Source: Nocardioides sp. (GTDB taxonomy: Bacteria; Actinomycetota; Actinomycetes; Propionibacteriales; Nocardioidaceae). Taken from it: 64,000 bases of DNA. Of this stretch, positions 38,401-48,163 are shown one piece after another. The DNA lies in contig NZ_DASZUF010000181.1 of assembly GCF_035547795.1 (NCBI RefSeq), positions 2,200 to 66,199 of the forward strand, written 5' to 3'. A program made the position numbers and the translations under genes. Each line of letters opens with the position of its first letter. Position 1 is the first letter of the stretch. The notes below the pieces were generated by a model, which saw only the letters and a program-made list of their open reading frames with translations, ran no database searches and was not told where the DNA came from.

Positions 38401-39224
38401 TGTTGCTCGGCTGCGGAGAGCCGGCTGTAGAGCGGGACGATCTCGGTGCGGGGCAGGTCGCCGAGCGCGTCGGCGGTGTCGCGGATCTCCCGCTCGCCGG
38501 GCAGGAAGACCAGGATGTCGCCGGGCCCCTCGGCGCACAGCTCCTTGACCGCGTCGACGACGCCCTCGGTCTGGTCCCGGACGACCGGTTCGCCCTCGTC
38601 GTCCGCCTCGGGCAGCTCCAGGAGCGGTCGATAGCGGATCTCCACCGGGAAGGTGCGACCGGAGACCTCGATGACGGGAGCGCCGACCCCGCCGCTCGCG
38701 AAGTGCTCGGAGAAGCGCTGGGTGTCGATGGTCGCCGAGGTGACGATCACCTTCAGGTCGGGCCGGCGCGGCAGCAGCCGCTTGAGGTAGCCGAGCAGGA
38801 AGTCGATGTTGAGGCTGCGCTCGTGCGCCTCGTCGATGATGATCGTGTCGTAGCGGCGCAGGTCGCGGTCGCGCTGCAGCTCGGCGAGCAGGATGCCGTC
38901 GGTCATCAGCTTGATCCGTGACGCCGCCGAGGTCCGGTCGGTGAAGCGCACCTGGTAGCCGACCAGGTCGCCCAGCTCGGTGTCCAGCTCCTCGGCGATG
39001 CGCTCGGCGACCGACCGGGCCGCGATCCGGCGCGGCTGGGTGTGCCCGATCATCGACCGGCCCAGCTCCAGGCAGATCTTGGGCAGCTGGGTGGTCTTCC
39101 CCGAACCGGTCTCGCCGGCCACGATCACCACCTGGTGGTCGCGGATGGCGGCGGCGATGTCCTCACGCCGCTCGCTGACCGGCAGATGCGGTGGGTAGTT
39201 GATCTCCAGGGGTTGCTCGGTCAT
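35433..39224 (-). CDS. hrpA: ATP-dependent RNA helicase HrpA
   Basis: [43 protein letters not shown]; long C-terminal extension. Confidence 0.96.
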   Translation of the reverse strand: MTEQPLEINYPPHLPVSERREDIAAAIRDHQVVIVAGETGSGKTTQLPKICLELGRSMIGHTQPRRIAARSVAERIAEELDTELGDLVGYQVRFTDRTSAASRIKLMTDGILLAELQRDRDLRRYDTIIIDEAHERSLNIDFLLGYLKRLLPRRPDLKVIVTSATIDTQRFSEHFASGGVGAPVIEVSGRTFPVEIRYRPLLELPEADDEGEPVVRDQTEGVVDAVKELCAEGPGDILVFLPGEREIRDTADALGDLPRTEIVPLYSRLSAAEQHRVFQPHTGRRVVLATNVAETSLTVPGIRYVVDTGLARISRYSSRTKVQRLPIEPISQASANQRSGRCGRVEAGIAIRLYDEEDFAGRPEFTEPEILRTNLASVILQMASLGLGEIARFPFVEPPESRNVTAGVQLLEELGALGSPNERDRRPESTGRNPRLTRLGRRLARLPIDPRLGRMILEAERLGCVREVIVIAAALSLQDPRERPGADHPKEQAQADQLHARFKHEASDFLTWLNLWRYLKEQQRELSSSAFRRMCRREFLNYLRVREWQEFESQLRQVCKEMRIQVGRPADSPDEDGIHQALLSGLLSHIGLLEERTRDKAGDKARRSGPREYLGARNTRFAIFPGSALHRRNPPFVMAGELVETGRLWARQNAAIKPEWAERLAGDLVKRTYSEPHWSRKRAAVMARERVTLYGVPLAADRPVNYGRIDPELARELFIRHALVYGEWQTHHRFLRDNARLLEEAQELEHRARRRDIVVDEHTLFDFYDARIPADVVSGQHFDRWWKQQRDKQQLTFSLDMLTRDVEVSEQEFPTQWESGPLTFEIGYHFEPGAAEDGLTIDVPVATLNRVGDEDFSWNVPGLREELVTALIRSLPKQLRTALVPAPDRARQFLAETPPGEEPLLDALERWARATAGLHVPREAWDWSKVPEHLRPTYRVVDEDGRERARGKDLAALKAPLAGEFRQAIAEVAYDAGLARTGLASWDIGDLPATVTEKRAGHEVTVYPALDDEGASAGVVVCGSPEEAEARHRLGVARLVLLTTPDPTKQVIEALSMTDRLALASTPYPTTAALVEDCRAAVVQQAVDARPRVLTAAGFEALRQALGTPEEQRAATAAVLGDALRALAAWREADKALSGRADMYQLPALTDMRDQLARLMAPGFIHDAGPAQLRRYPTYLRAIVLRRERLDAALVADRELQGRIAELQEHYLHQLAALPPGRPPGERLRRARWMLEEYRVQLWAQQLGTAQPVSDARIRKVLG

Positions 39225-39247
39225 CGCGCCCCCATTCTCCCCGACGC

Positions 39248-39661
39248 TCACAGGTGCTTGCGGAAGTGGACGTCGGCCTCGCCCTCGCGCGGCACGCCGT
39301 CCCACCGGAACAGCTCTCGATAGCCATGTCGCTCGTAGAAGCCGGGCGCCTGGAACGTGAACGACGTGACGAAGACGCGATCGGCGCCGCGCGCCTTGGC
39401 CTCCGACTCGAACGCTGTGAGCAGTCGCGACCCCACGCCCGTCCGGCGCACGTCCTCGCGTACCCAGGTCATGCCGATGCCGGCCGCGATGCCCCACGTC
39501 CAGCCGCTGACGCCGGCCGCGAGCCCGCGGTCATCGACCAGCTTGACGGTCAGCTCCCGCGCGCCGGCGACCCCGGCCGTACGCAGGGCGTTGACCGCGT
39601 CGAGCGCGTCGGACAGCTGCCCGTCGAGGTCCGGGTCGCCCTCACCGACGATGAGTTCCAT
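39248..39661 (-). CDS. GNAT acetyltransferase
   Basis: WVREDVRRTGVGSRLL, FQAPGFYERHGY. Confidence 0.88.
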   Translation of the reverse strand: MELIVGEGDPDLDGQLSDALDAVNALRTAGVAGARELTVKLVDDRGLAAGVSGWTWGIAAGIGMTWVREDVRRTGVGSRLLTAFESEAKARGADRVFVTSFTFQAPGFYERHGYRELFRWDGVPREGEADVHFRKHL

Positions 39662-39728
39662 CGCTGCAGCCTGTCAGTGCCGCGGCCGGGACGCGAGCGA
39701 TTTCCCGGCGCCCCCGCCCGATCGCCCG

Positions 39729-39818
39729 CTCCCAAAGTGTCACCGTGATATTTCGCGGCGAGGGTGACACATGCGAAGTGTCACTCCAGGCCCAAAGTGT
39801 CACGGTGACACTTTGGAG
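39729..39818. repeat. Nested palindromic repeat, family B copy 1
   Basis: CCAAAGTGTCAC(C/G)GTGA arms with central GTGACAC-N-GTGTCAC; similar to 56092-56180. Confidence 0.85.
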
Positions 39819-39871
39819 TCGGGGGTACGGCGGGTGCAGCGGGCTGCGGCGCGGGCGGGCGGGCGGGCGGG

Positions 39872-40468
39872 TCAGCCGACCGTGGCCGCCGCCGGCGAGG
39901 CGACCAGCGCGGGCAGCGAGTTGCCGAGCAGGTCGAGCAGCTGCTCGCGAGTGACCCCGGCGGGATCGGCCATCCAGGAGAGCACCAGCTCCTCGGCCAT
40001 CGCCGCCCAGCCCTTGACCAGCAGCCGTACGACGGGGGTGTCGGGCAGCATGCCGGCGTCGTCGGACTCGAAGATCCGGTCGGTCAGCGCGGCGCGGGCC
40101 TCGTCGTACACCTCGCGCAGGACCGGATCCCCGGCCGCGCCCCTGACCAGTGACAGGTAGCCCTCGTAGTTCGCCTCGACATAGGCCAGGTACGCCGCCA
40201 TCGAGTGCAGCAGGCGCTGCTGCGGGTCGCCGCTGGGCGGCGGGGCGGTCTGGGCGACCAGGTCGGCGGCCGCGCGGCGGACGACCGCCTCGCGGAAGCC
40301 GAGCTTGTCGCCGAAGTAGTGGTAGAGCAGCCCGCGCGAGATGCCCGCCTCCTGGGCGAGCACGTCGACGGAGAGCTCGTCGAGCGAACGGCGCGCGAAG
40401 AGCCGGACGCCGAGGTCGAGCAGCTGCTCGCGCCGTTCGGCGGGTGAGAGCCGGATCCGCGAAGCCAT
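39872..40468 (-). CDS. TetR-family regulator
   Basis: AGISRGLLYHYFGDK HTH; divergent from the monooxygenase operon. Confidence 0.92.
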   Translation of the reverse strand: MASRIRLSPAERREQLLDLGVRLFARRSLDELSVDVLAQEAGISRGLLYHYFGDKLGFREAVVRRAAADLVAQTAPPPSGDPQQRLLHSMAAYLAYVEANYEGYLSLVRGAAGDPVLREVYDEARAALTDRIFESDDAGMLPDTPVVRLLVKGWAAMAEELVLSWMADPAGVTREQLLDLLGNSLPALVASPAAATVG

Positions 40469-40475
40469 GCCAACA

Positions 40476-40535
40476 GTCTATTGACATTCGTTCAACAAGC
40501 AACCTACGGTCTATTGACGTTCGTTCAATAGACCG
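40476..40535. promoter_or_regulatory. Two TetR-type operators
   Basis: GTCTATTGACATTCGTTCAACA and CGGTCTATTGA-CGTTCGT-TCAATAGACCG (11-bp perfect arms) in the divergent intergenic region. Confidence 0.8.
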
Positions 40536-40570
40536 CCTACGGTGGGAACGCAGCCAGGAAAGGAAGAGCC

Positions 40571-42082
40571 ATGGCCAAGGAGATCGAGGTCGACCACCTC
40601 ATCGTGGGTGCGGGCTTCGGCGGCGTGTGCGCCGCGATCAAGCTCGACGAGGACGGCGAGCGTGACTTCGTCGTGATCGAGCGCGGCAACGACGTCGGCG
40701 GCACCTGGCGCGACAACACCTACCCGGGTGCCGCGTGCGACGTGCCCAGCCAGCTCTACAGCTACTCGTTCGCCCCCAACCCGGACTGGTCGATGAGCTT
40801 CTCCCCCCAGCCGGAGATCCTCGACTACATCCGCCGCGTCGCCGAGGAGTACGGCGTGCGGGACCGGATCGTGCTCAACACCACGATGGACGCCGCCCGC
40901 TGGGACGACGAGCGGCAGCGCTGGCTGGTCTCCACCAGCAGCGGCCGGCGCACGACGACGTACGCCGCCAAGACGTTCATCGTCGGACCCGGTCCGCTCT
41001 CGGAGCCCAAGCTCCCCGACATCGACGGCATCGAGGACTTCCAGGGCGAGATCTTCCACTCCGCCCGGTGGAACCACGACGTGGACCTGACCGGCAAGCG
41101 GGTGGCGGTGATCGGCACCGGCGCGAGCGCGATCCAGATCGTGCCCGAGGTGCAGAAGGTCGCCAGCCACCTCGACGTCTACCAGCGCACCGCGCCGTGG
41201 GTGATCCCCCGCAACGAGCACCGCTACAGCAGCCTGGAGAAGCTCGCCTTCCGGCACGTGCCCGGGTTGCAGCGGGCTGCCCGGACGGCGATCTACTGGG
41301 GTCGCGAGCTCTACGTGCCGGCGTTCACCAAGAACCCGAAGCTGGCGCTGCCGGCCAAGATGATGGCGCTGCAGAACATCCGCAAGGGCATCAAGGATCC
41401 CCAGCTGCGCGCCAAGGTCACCCCGACCTACGAGATCGGCTGCAAGCGCATCCTGATCTCCAACCGCTACTACCCCGCGCTCGACGCGGACAACACCGAG
41501 CTGGTCACCGACAAGATCGCCAAGGTCACCGGCTCCTCGATCGTCACCACCGACGGCACCGAGCGCGAGATCGACGTGCTGATCGTGGCCACCGGCTTCT
41601 ACACCACCGACATCCCGGTGGCCCACCACGTGATCGGGCGGACCGGGCGGTCGATGGCGGACCGGTTCGCCCAGACCGGCGCGGCGGCGTACAAGGGCAC
41701 CACAGTCCCGGAGTTCCCCAACCTGTTCTTCGTGATCGGCCCCAACACCGGGCTGGGCCACAGCTCGATGGTGTTCATCATCGAGTCGCAGGTGCAGTAC
41801 ATCCGCGACGCCATCCGCACCATGCGCCACCACCGCTACGCCACCGTCGAGCCGCGCGAGGACGCCTTCGAGGCGTGGAACGCCGACCTCCAAGAGCGGA
41901 TGAAGCCGACCGTGTGGTCCTCGGGCGGCTGCGCCTCCTGGTACCTCGACGAGCAGGGCCGCAACACCACCCTCTGGCCGCGCACGACGTTCGTCTTCCG
42001 CGGCCTGCTGCACACCTTCGACGTCGCCAAGTACGTCGTCACCGGCGCCTCCGAGCGCCTGCACGAGGAAGTGAACGCATGA
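40571..42082 (+). CDS. Baeyer-Villiger-type flavin monooxygenase
   Basis: GAGFGG, GGTWRDNTYPG, FQGEIFHSARW, GTGASA, ATGF. Confidence 0.93.
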   Translation: MAKEIEVDHLIVGAGFGGVCAAIKLDEDGERDFVVIERGNDVGGTWRDNTYPGAACDVPSQLYSYSFAPNPDWSMSFSPQPEILDYIRRVAEEYGVRDRIVLNTTMDAARWDDERQRWLVSTSSGRRTTTYAAKTFIVGPGPLSEPKLPDIDGIEDFQGEIFHSARWNHDVDLTGKRVAVIGTGASAIQIVPEVQKVASHLDVYQRTAPWVIPRNEHRYSSLEKLAFRHVPGLQRAARTAIYWGRELYVPAFTKNPKLALPAKMMALQNIRKGIKDPQLRAKVTPTYEIGCKRILISNRYYPALDADNTELVTDKIAKVTGSSIVTTDGTEREIDVLIVATGFYTTDIPVAHHVIGRTGRSMADRFAQTGAAAYKGTTVPEFPNLFFVIGPNTGLGHSSMVFIIESQVQYIRDAIRTMRHHRYATVEPREDAFEAWNADLQERMKPTVWSSGGCASWYLDEQGRNTTLWPRTTFVFRGLLHTFDVAKYVVTGASERLHEEVNA

Positions 42083-42912
42083 AGAAGTTCGACAACAAGG
42101 TCGTCGTCATCACCGGTGCCGGCTCCGGGATCGGCCGCGCGCTGGCGCTGGACTTCGCCGGCCGCGGCGCCAGGCTGGCGCTCTCCGACATCAACGAGGC
42201 CGGCCTGGCCGAGACCGTCGACGCGGTCAAGCACCGGGGCGCGGAGGTCAAGGCCGACCGGCTCGATGTCGCCGACCGGGCAGCCTTCGAGGCGTACGCC
42301 GCGGACGTGCTGAGCCACTACGGCGGCGTCAACGTGGTGATCAACAACGCCGGCGTCGCGCTCGCCGGCGACCTGGTCGACCTGGAGTGGGACGACATCG
42401 ACTGGATCATCGGGATCAACTTCTGGGGCGTGGTGCACGGCACCAAGTTCTTCCTGCCCGCGCTGATCGAGTCCGGTGACGCTCACCTGGTCAACATCTC
42501 CTCCCTCTTCGGGCTGGTCTCGATGCCGGGGCAGTCGATGTACAACGCCGCCAAGTACGCCGTGCGCGGCATGACCGAGGCGCTGCGCGAGGAGATGCTG
42601 ATCGGGCGGACCGGCGTGGGCGTCACCGCCGTCCACCCCGGCGGCATCAAGACCGCGATCGCGCGCTCGGCCCGCACCTCGGCCAAGGAGGACCAGGCCG
42701 CCACCGCGAAGTTCTTCGACGAGAAGCTGGCCAAGACCACGCCGGAGAAGGCCGCCGAGGTGATCATCCGCGGCATCCAGAAGAGGCAGGCCCGAGTGCT
42801 GATCGGGCTCGACGCCCACGCGGTGCACAACTTCGGCAAGTTCACCGGCTCGCGCTACCAGGACCTGATCGCCCTCGGCGCCAAGTACGTGATGCCGCCG
42901 AAGTCGCACTGA
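42079..42912 (+). CDS. Short-chain dehydrogenase/reductase
   Basis: TGAGSGIG, NNAG, YNAAK; ATGA overlap. Confidence 0.93.
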   Translation: MKKFDNKVVVITGAGSGIGRALALDFAGRGARLALSDINEAGLAETVDAVKHRGAEVKADRLDVADRAAFEAYAADVLSHYGGVNVVINNAGVALAGDLVDLEWDDIDWIIGINFWGVVHGTKFFLPALIESGDAHLVNISSLFGLVSMPGQSMYNAAKYAVRGMTEALREEMLIGRTGVGVTAVHPGGIKTAIARSARTSAKEDQAATAKFFDEKLAKTTPEKAAEVIIRGIQKRQARVLIGLDAHAVHNFGKFTGSRYQDLIALGAKYVMPPKSH

Positions 42913-42937
42913 GTCCGATCTGCGGTAGACAGGTCTC

Positions 42938-43510
42938 ATGCTCTTCGAGGCCGGCCACCCCATCCACATCCGCATGACCAAGTGGGGAGGCCGGCCTCAT
43001 TGGCGCTACGACGGCGTCTATCTGGGCACCGACGAGCACGGCGACTGGCTCGGCTTCCCGGTGGGCACGCGCTACCAGCGCCCCGGCCGTGACTTCGTCG
43101 CCGACTTCGCCTGCGTGAGCCTGGCTCCGCACCACGACGCCGCCCACTTCGCCGGCTTCTACGACGCCGGTCATGACACCGCGGTGTACGTCGACATGAC
43201 CACGCCGCCGGTCTGGGACGGCGACGTGCTGACCATGGTCGACCTGGACCTGGACGTCATCCTGCTCCGCGACCAGCGCGGGCTGGTCCTCGACGACCAG
43301 GACGAGTTCGAGCAGCACCAGGTCGAGCTCGGCTATCCGCCCGAGATCATCTCGCTGGCCGAGGACTCCGCCGACCGGGTCTGGGCCGCGGTCGCCGCCG
43401 GCGAGCCGCCGTACGACGGGACCGCGGAGCGCTGGCTGGCCACGCTCGACGCGATCAGCGCGGGGGCGGTGGGAGCGAGTCCGTCGCCTCCAGCTGCTCC
43501 ATCCCGGTGA
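42938..43510 (+). CDS. DUF402-family protein
   Basis: KWGGRPHW, VYVDMTTP, VDLDLDV, DQDEF. Confidence 0.8.
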   Translation: MLFEAGHPIHIRMTKWGGRPHWRYDGVYLGTDEHGDWLGFPVGTRYQRPGRDFVADFACVSLAPHHDAAHFAGFYDAGHDTAVYVDMTTPPVWDGDVLTMVDLDLDVILLRDQRGLVLDDQDEFEQHQVELGYPPEIISLAEDSADRVWAAVAAGEPPYDGTAERWLATLDAISAGAVGASPSPPAAPSR

Positions 43511-44549
43511 GCACCAGCAGGTCCACCACCACCGAGCGGATCTGCACCAGGATCACCTCCGCGGTCATCATCTCCGAGCGCTCCACGGCGCCGGAGGCCT
43601 CCCCGACCGCCAGCAGCGCCTCGCGGGCGTCGGCGGCCAGTCGGCCCGCGCGCAGCTCGGCGGCCACCTGCTCGGTGGCGTCAGCGAGGTCGAAGGCCAA
43701 GGTCGCGTACGACGCCGGCACCGGCCGGCTGCGATGGGCGGCGACCGCGACCTGACGCACCAGCACCCGGGTGGAGCGCAGGGCACGGTCCAGCGGCTCG
43801 ACCAGCTCGACCATGCGGCGCACCGACGCCTTGTGCTTGACCCGGAACGGCGAGGACGCCACCACCGCCATGCCCTCGTCGGCGGCGGCCTGCAGCTCAC
43901 GGATGAGGCTGTCGGTGGCGCGGGCATCGGCGAGGATCGCGTAGCCGCGATCGCCCTCACCCTCGAGCATCACCGCACCCGCGGCGCGCAGCAGCTCGGC
44001 GATCCGGATGACCACGCGCGCGGCCTGCTCCCGGGGCCGGCGCAACGGCGCCGCCGGCACCACCGTGGCCGCCACCAGCGCGACGGCGCCGCCGACCAGC
44101 GCCTCGGTCCAGCGGGTCCAGATGCCGTTGTTCCCGGGCAGCATCGCGGTGACGAAGATCGACTGCACCGCCGCCTGGTTCTGGAAGATCACGCCGGCGT
44201 CGAGCAGGATCGCGACGCTGAACGCCAGCGCCACGATCAGCGCGAGCTGCCACGGCCCCTGCCCGATCCAGGCCACCAGCAGGTCACCGACCAGGACGCC
44301 CAGCGACACCCCGAGCGAGACCTCGGCCACGCGCCGCAGCCGCTGGCCGTAGGACGTGCCGAGCGAGGCGACCGCCGCGATCGGCGCGAAGACCGGCGTC
44401 GGGTGCCCGAGCACGTGCCGGGCGATGAACCACGCCACCGCCGCCGCGACCGCGCACTGCACGATCTGCCAGCGCTTGGTGCGCCAGCGGGCCAGCCGCG
44501 TCCGCAGCGACGTACGGCCGCGGTGCAGCAGCAGCTCGCGCTCGATCAC
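43455..44549 (-). CDS. FUSC / aromatic acid exporter-family membrane protein
   Basis: QCAVAAAVAW, PVFAPIAAVASLG, TM helices then helical soluble tail. Confidence 0.8.
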   Translation of the reverse strand: MIERELLLHRGRTSLRTRLARWRTKRWQIVQCAVAAAVAWFIARHVLGHPTPVFAPIAAVASLGTSYGQRLRRVAEVSLGVSLGVLVGDLLVAWIGQGPWQLALIVALAFSVAILLDAGVIFQNQAAVQSIFVTAMLPGNNGIWTRWTEALVGGAVALVAATVVPAAPLRRPREQAARVVIRIAELLRAAGAVMLEGEGDRGYAILADARATDSLIRELQAAADEGMAVVASSPFRVKHKASVRRMVELVEPLDRALRSTRVLVRQVAVAAHRSRPVPASYATLAFDLADATEQVAAELRAGRLAADAREALLAVGEASGAVERSEMMTAEVILVQIRSVVVDLLVLTGMEQLEATDSLPPPPR

Positions 44550-45730
44550 CGCTCCTCCAGCCCGCCACCGACCGCCTCGGCCACGGCGCGTAGCCGGGCC
44601 CGGGTGATGTCGGCGACGGTGGCCAGGCCCACACGGTGGGCGTTCGAGCCGGGTCGGGTGGGCTCGGCGTGGTTCACCGAGACACAGGTACGACGACCCC
44701 CGTCCGCGGCGTTCTGCAGCGCGACCGCGTGGCCCGTGGTCCCGGACCCGGCGAAGAAGTCGAGCACCCGCGCATCGGTGGGCATGGTCTGCAGGATGCG
44801 GCGCAGCAGCCCGGTCGGCTTCGGCGACTCGAAGACGTGGCCGACCAGCGCCTTGAGCTCGGCGACGGCGACGTCGGTGGAGCCGACCTCGGCGGCGGTC
44901 CACACGGTGCGCAGCTTCTTGCGCCGCACGGTCCCGGTCGCCCCGCCGACGACGTCGAGCCAATCGCGCTGGAAGACGTCGACCCGCTCCCCCAGCCGCC
45001 CAGTGAGCCGCCGGCAGACCAGGTCGTCGCTGCGCTCGGCCACCAGCGGCGCGCTCCAGCGCCACACCGCCGGCGAGCCGTCGCCGAAGACCGGCTTGAT
45101 CTCCACCGCACCGGGGAACGGCTCGACCCGCACCTCACCGGACTCGGGCGAGCCCCACAGCGGATAGTGCAGCGTGGGCGCGGTGATTGGGTTGAACTTC
45201 TTGTTGGTGTTGCGCAACGGCAGCCGCCGGTAGCGCCGGCCGTCGTCGGCCACCAGCGGGAAGTCGCGCTCGTCCACCAGCTCCGGCGAGGAGGCGTCCA
45301 GCACACAGGCCCGCGCGTCGCGGGCGTAGACCAGCAGATACTCGTGCGAGGTGGCGAAGCCGCGCCCCAGCTGGCGCCCCTTGGCGTTGAGGCTGACCAC
45401 GACCTGGGCCAGGAAGTTGGCCTCGCCGTACACCTCGTCCATCAGCAGCCGCAGGTGCGCGGCCTCGTTGTCGTCGATGGAGACGTAGATCGCCGCGCCC
45501 CGGCTCATCACCGCACGCGCCGCCTCCAGCCGTGGCCGCATCATCGCCACCCACGCCTCGTGTCGCCCCGCCCGCCGGCCGTCCGGGCCGCGCACGTCGT
45601 CGTGGTAGGCGAACGCGCTGCCGGTGTTGTACGGCGGGTCGATGTAGACCAGGTCGAAGGTCTCACCCGCGGCGGCGAGCGCGTGCAGCACCGTGAGGTT
45701 GTCGCCCTCGATGAAGGTGTTCCACGGCAC
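44546..45730 (-). CDS. Orphan beta-class N6A/N4C DNA methyltransferase (type III Mod-like)
   Basis: IEGDNL, YIDPPYNTG, SIDDNE, HEYLLVY, PKP, LDFFAGSGTTGHA; TAGGGT -10 six nt before GTG. Confidence 0.9.
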   Translation of the reverse strand: MPWNTFIEGDNLTVLHALAAAGETFDLVYIDPPYNTGSAFAYHDDVRGPDGRRAGRHEAWVAMMRPRLEAARAVMSRGAAIYVSIDDNEAAHLRLLMDEVYGEANFLAQVVVSLNAKGRQLGRGFATSHEYLLVYARDARACVLDASSPELVDERDFPLVADDGRRYRRLPLRNTNKKFNPITAPTLHYPLWGSPESGEVRVEPFPGAVEIKPVFGDGSPAVWRWSAPLVAERSDDLVCRRLTGRLGERVDVFQRDWLDVVGGATGTVRRKKLRTVWTAAEVGSTDVAVAELKALVGHVFESPKPTGLLRRILQTMPTDARVLDFFAGSGTTGHAVALQNAADGGRRTCVSVNHAEPTRPGSNAHRVGLATVADITRARLRAVAEAVGGGLEER

Positions 45731-45747
45731 GCGCAAACCCTATCCAC

Positions 45748-45890
45748 GTCGAGAGGTCACCTTTGGCCGGTCGAGAGGTCACCTTTGGCGGGTCGAGTGT
45801 CCGCCGTGCCGCCGGAAGTAACCGCCCGAAGTGACCACTCAACGCGCCGAAAGTGACCCCTCGAGGGGCAGAAAGTGACCTCTCGGCGGG
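45748..45890. repeat. 22-bp-period repeat array in inverted arms, family A
   Basis: GTCGAGAGGTCACCTTTGGC x2 (+ partial) facing three CCGAAAGTGACCTCTCG-like units. Confidence 0.88.
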
Positions 45891-45909
45891 AGGGTGAAAT
45901 GCTCGGGGT

Positions 45910-46494
45910 GTGGCGCGATTCACCAGAGAAGAGCTCGAGACGTTCTACGGCGCCGCGGTGCCGGACCTGCTGCCGGGGCCCGGACAGGAGCTGAGGCTGC
46001 TGTTCGTCGGGATCAACCCCGGGCTGTGGACCGCCGCGACGAGCACCCACTTCGCCCACCCGGTCAACCGGTTCTACCCCGCGCTGTTCCAGGCCGGGAT
46101 CATCGACCGCCCGATCAGCCCTGCCGACGGCATGACCGAGGCCGACCGTGAGCACCTGCGCGAGCGCGGCATCGGGATCACCAACCTGGTGCACCGCGCC
46201 ACCGCCCGCGCCTCCGAGCTGGGCGCCGAGGAGCTGCGCGAAGGCAGCAAGGCCCTCACCGACCTCGTGCTGCGGCTGCGGCCGCGGGTGGTCGCGATGG
46301 CCGGGATCACGGCGTACCGGACCGCATTCGGGCTGCCCAAGGCCACCGTCGGCCGTCAGCCGACCATGCTGGGCGAGTCGGAGCTGTGGGTGGTGCCCAA
46401 CCCGAGCGGCCTCAACGCCCACGAGACGGTGGCCTCGCTGGCGGCCGCCTATGCGGAGGCGGCGCGCGCGGCGGGCGTCATCGGGGCGCGCTAG
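45910..46494 (+). CDS. mug: G/U mismatch-specific DNA glycosylase
   Basis: LFVGINPG, HFAHPVNRF, GITNLV, VPNPSGLN. Confidence 0.92.
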   Translation: MARFTREELETFYGAAVPDLLPGPGQELRLLFVGINPGLWTAATSTHFAHPVNRFYPALFQAGIIDRPISPADGMTEADREHLRERGIGITNLVHRATARASELGAEELREGSKALTDLVLRLRPRVVAMAGITAYRTAFGLPKATVGRQPTMLGESELWVVPNPSGLNAHETVASLAAAYAEAARAAGVIGAR

Positions 46495-47122
46495 CCACCA
46501 GTACGCCGAAGGCCACCATCCGGTTGTCGGTGTGGAACAGCTCGCTGCACGTGGTCAGCGTGATCAGCCGCTGCCCCGGCTGTTGCGCGGGCTCGATCCC
46601 GCCGGTCGGATTGCGCGGCAGCGGCGTGGTCACCCAGGTCGCCGTCATCGGCACCACCAGCGCGGATCCGGCGTTGGTCAGCCGGTAGGTGTAGGTCCGC
46701 GTGCGGGTCTGCACGATCACCTCGTCACCCGACCGCAGATCGGGCATCCGGCGCAGCGGCTCCCCGTGGGTGATCCGGTGGGCGGCCAGCGCGTAGTTGC
46801 CGACCTGGCCGGGACCCGCGGTGCCGGTGAAGTGGCCGTAGCCGGTCGCCAGCACCGCGGCGGAGGTGCCCTCGAGCACCGGCACGGCGTAGGAGGAGCC
46901 GAAGCGTGGGATCCGGACGATGGCGTCCGCCTCGCCCCACGACGTACGCACGGAGCCGTGTCCGCCGCGCCAGCCCTGCTCCAGCCGGCTGAGCGCCTGC
47001 TCCCGGTGCCGGTGGCTGACCCAGGTGGTGCCGTAGAACTCCCAGGCCACCCAGCCGAGCATGGCCAGGCCGGCCAGGATCAGGCCGAACCCGGTCCAGG
47101 TGAGGATCCGCCGCGCCCGCAC
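46478..47122 (-). CDS. Sortase (class E-like)
   Basis: N-terminal TM, GNYALAAHR, ITLTTC, downstream Arg. Confidence 0.9.
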   Translation of the reverse strand: MRARRILTWTGFGLILAGLAMLGWVAWEFYGTTWVSHRHREQALSRLEQGWRGGHGSVRTSWGEADAIVRIPRFGSSYAVPVLEGTSAAVLATGYGHFTGTAGPGQVGNYALAAHRITHGEPLRRMPDLRSGDEVIVQTRTRTYTYRLTNAGSALVVPMTATWVTTPLPRNPTGGIEPAQQPGQRLITLTTCSELFHTDNRMVAFGVLVASAPR

Positions 47123-47129
47123 CGGCGTG

Positions 47130-48119
47130 CTACCAACGCGGATGGATCGAGGCGCGCAGGTGGGTGTCGTAGATCCGGGTGATGCCCTCGAGCAACTCGG
47201 CCGAGAGCGCCGGCACCAGCCCGGCCGCGGCGTTGGACCGGGCCTGGTCCACGTTGCGAGCACCGGGGATCACGGTGGTGACGCCGGGCTGTTGCGCGCA
47301 CCACGCGATGGCCACCTGCGCGGGCGTCGCGCCCTCGGGGCCGTGCGCCCGAACCAGCTCGGCGAACTCCTTCGCCGCCGCCACGCCGGTCTCGTAGTCG
47401 ACCCCGGAGAACGTCTCACCCACGTCGAACGCCTCGCCGTGCCGGTTGTAGCTGCGGTGGTCGTTGTGCGCGAACACGGTGTCGCGGTCGTAGCGACCCG
47501 AGAGCAGCCCACTGGCCAGCGGCACGCGCACGATGATGCCCACGCCCGCCCGCGCCGCGGCGGGCAGCACCTGGTCCAGCGGCTTGAGCCGGAACGCATT
47601 GAGGATGATCTGCACCGTGGCGGCGCCGTGGCGGATGGCGGAGAGCGCCTGGTCGCAGGTCTCGACGGAGACGCCGTACGCCGCGATGGCCTCGGCCTCG
47701 ACCAGCGTGCGTAGCGCGTCGTAGGTGACCTCGTCGTCGATGGTTGCCGACGGCGGGCAGTGCAGCTGCACCAGGTCGAGGGTGTCGACGCCGAGGTTGC
47801 GCCGGGACCGATCGGTCCAGGCCCGGAAGCTGTCCAGGGTGTAGTTCTCCGGGATCTGCTCGACGCGGCGACCCATCTTGGTGGCGACCGTGACCGACGC
47901 CCCGGTGGAGCGCAGGAAGTCGCCGATGAGCTGCTCGCTGCGCCCGTCGCCGTACACGTCGGCGGTGTCGAAGAACGTGACGCCGGCCTCGACGCTCGCC
48001 TCCAGGACGGCGCGGGCGTCGGACTCGCTGACCTCGCCCCAGTCGGCGCCGAGCTGCCAGGTGCCGAGCCCGACGATCGAGACGTCCTTGCCGGTGGTTC
48101 CGAGGGTGCGCTGCTCCAT
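47130..48119 (-). CDS. Aldo/keto reductase
   Basis: GLGTWQ, FDTADVYG, ATK, DLVQLH, IPG. Confidence 0.93.
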   Translation of the reverse strand: MEQRTLGTTGKDVSIVGLGTWQLGADWGEVSESDARAVLEASVEAGVTFFDTADVYGDGRSEQLIGDFLRSTGASVTVATKMGRRVEQIPENYTLDSFRAWTDRSRRNLGVDTLDLVQLHCPPSATIDDEVTYDALRTLVEAEAIAAYGVSVETCDQALSAIRHGAATVQIILNAFRLKPLDQVLPAAARAGVGIIVRVPLASGLLSGRYDRDTVFAHNDHRSYNRHGEAFDVGETFSGVDYETGVAAAKEFAELVRAHGPEGATPAQVAIAWCAQQPGVTTVIPGARNVDQARSNAAAGLVPALSAELLEGITRIYDTHLRASIHPRW

Positions 48120-48163
48120 GGCCCCATCTTGTCCGATCGAGCGCCCGGGGAGCGAGCCAGGTG

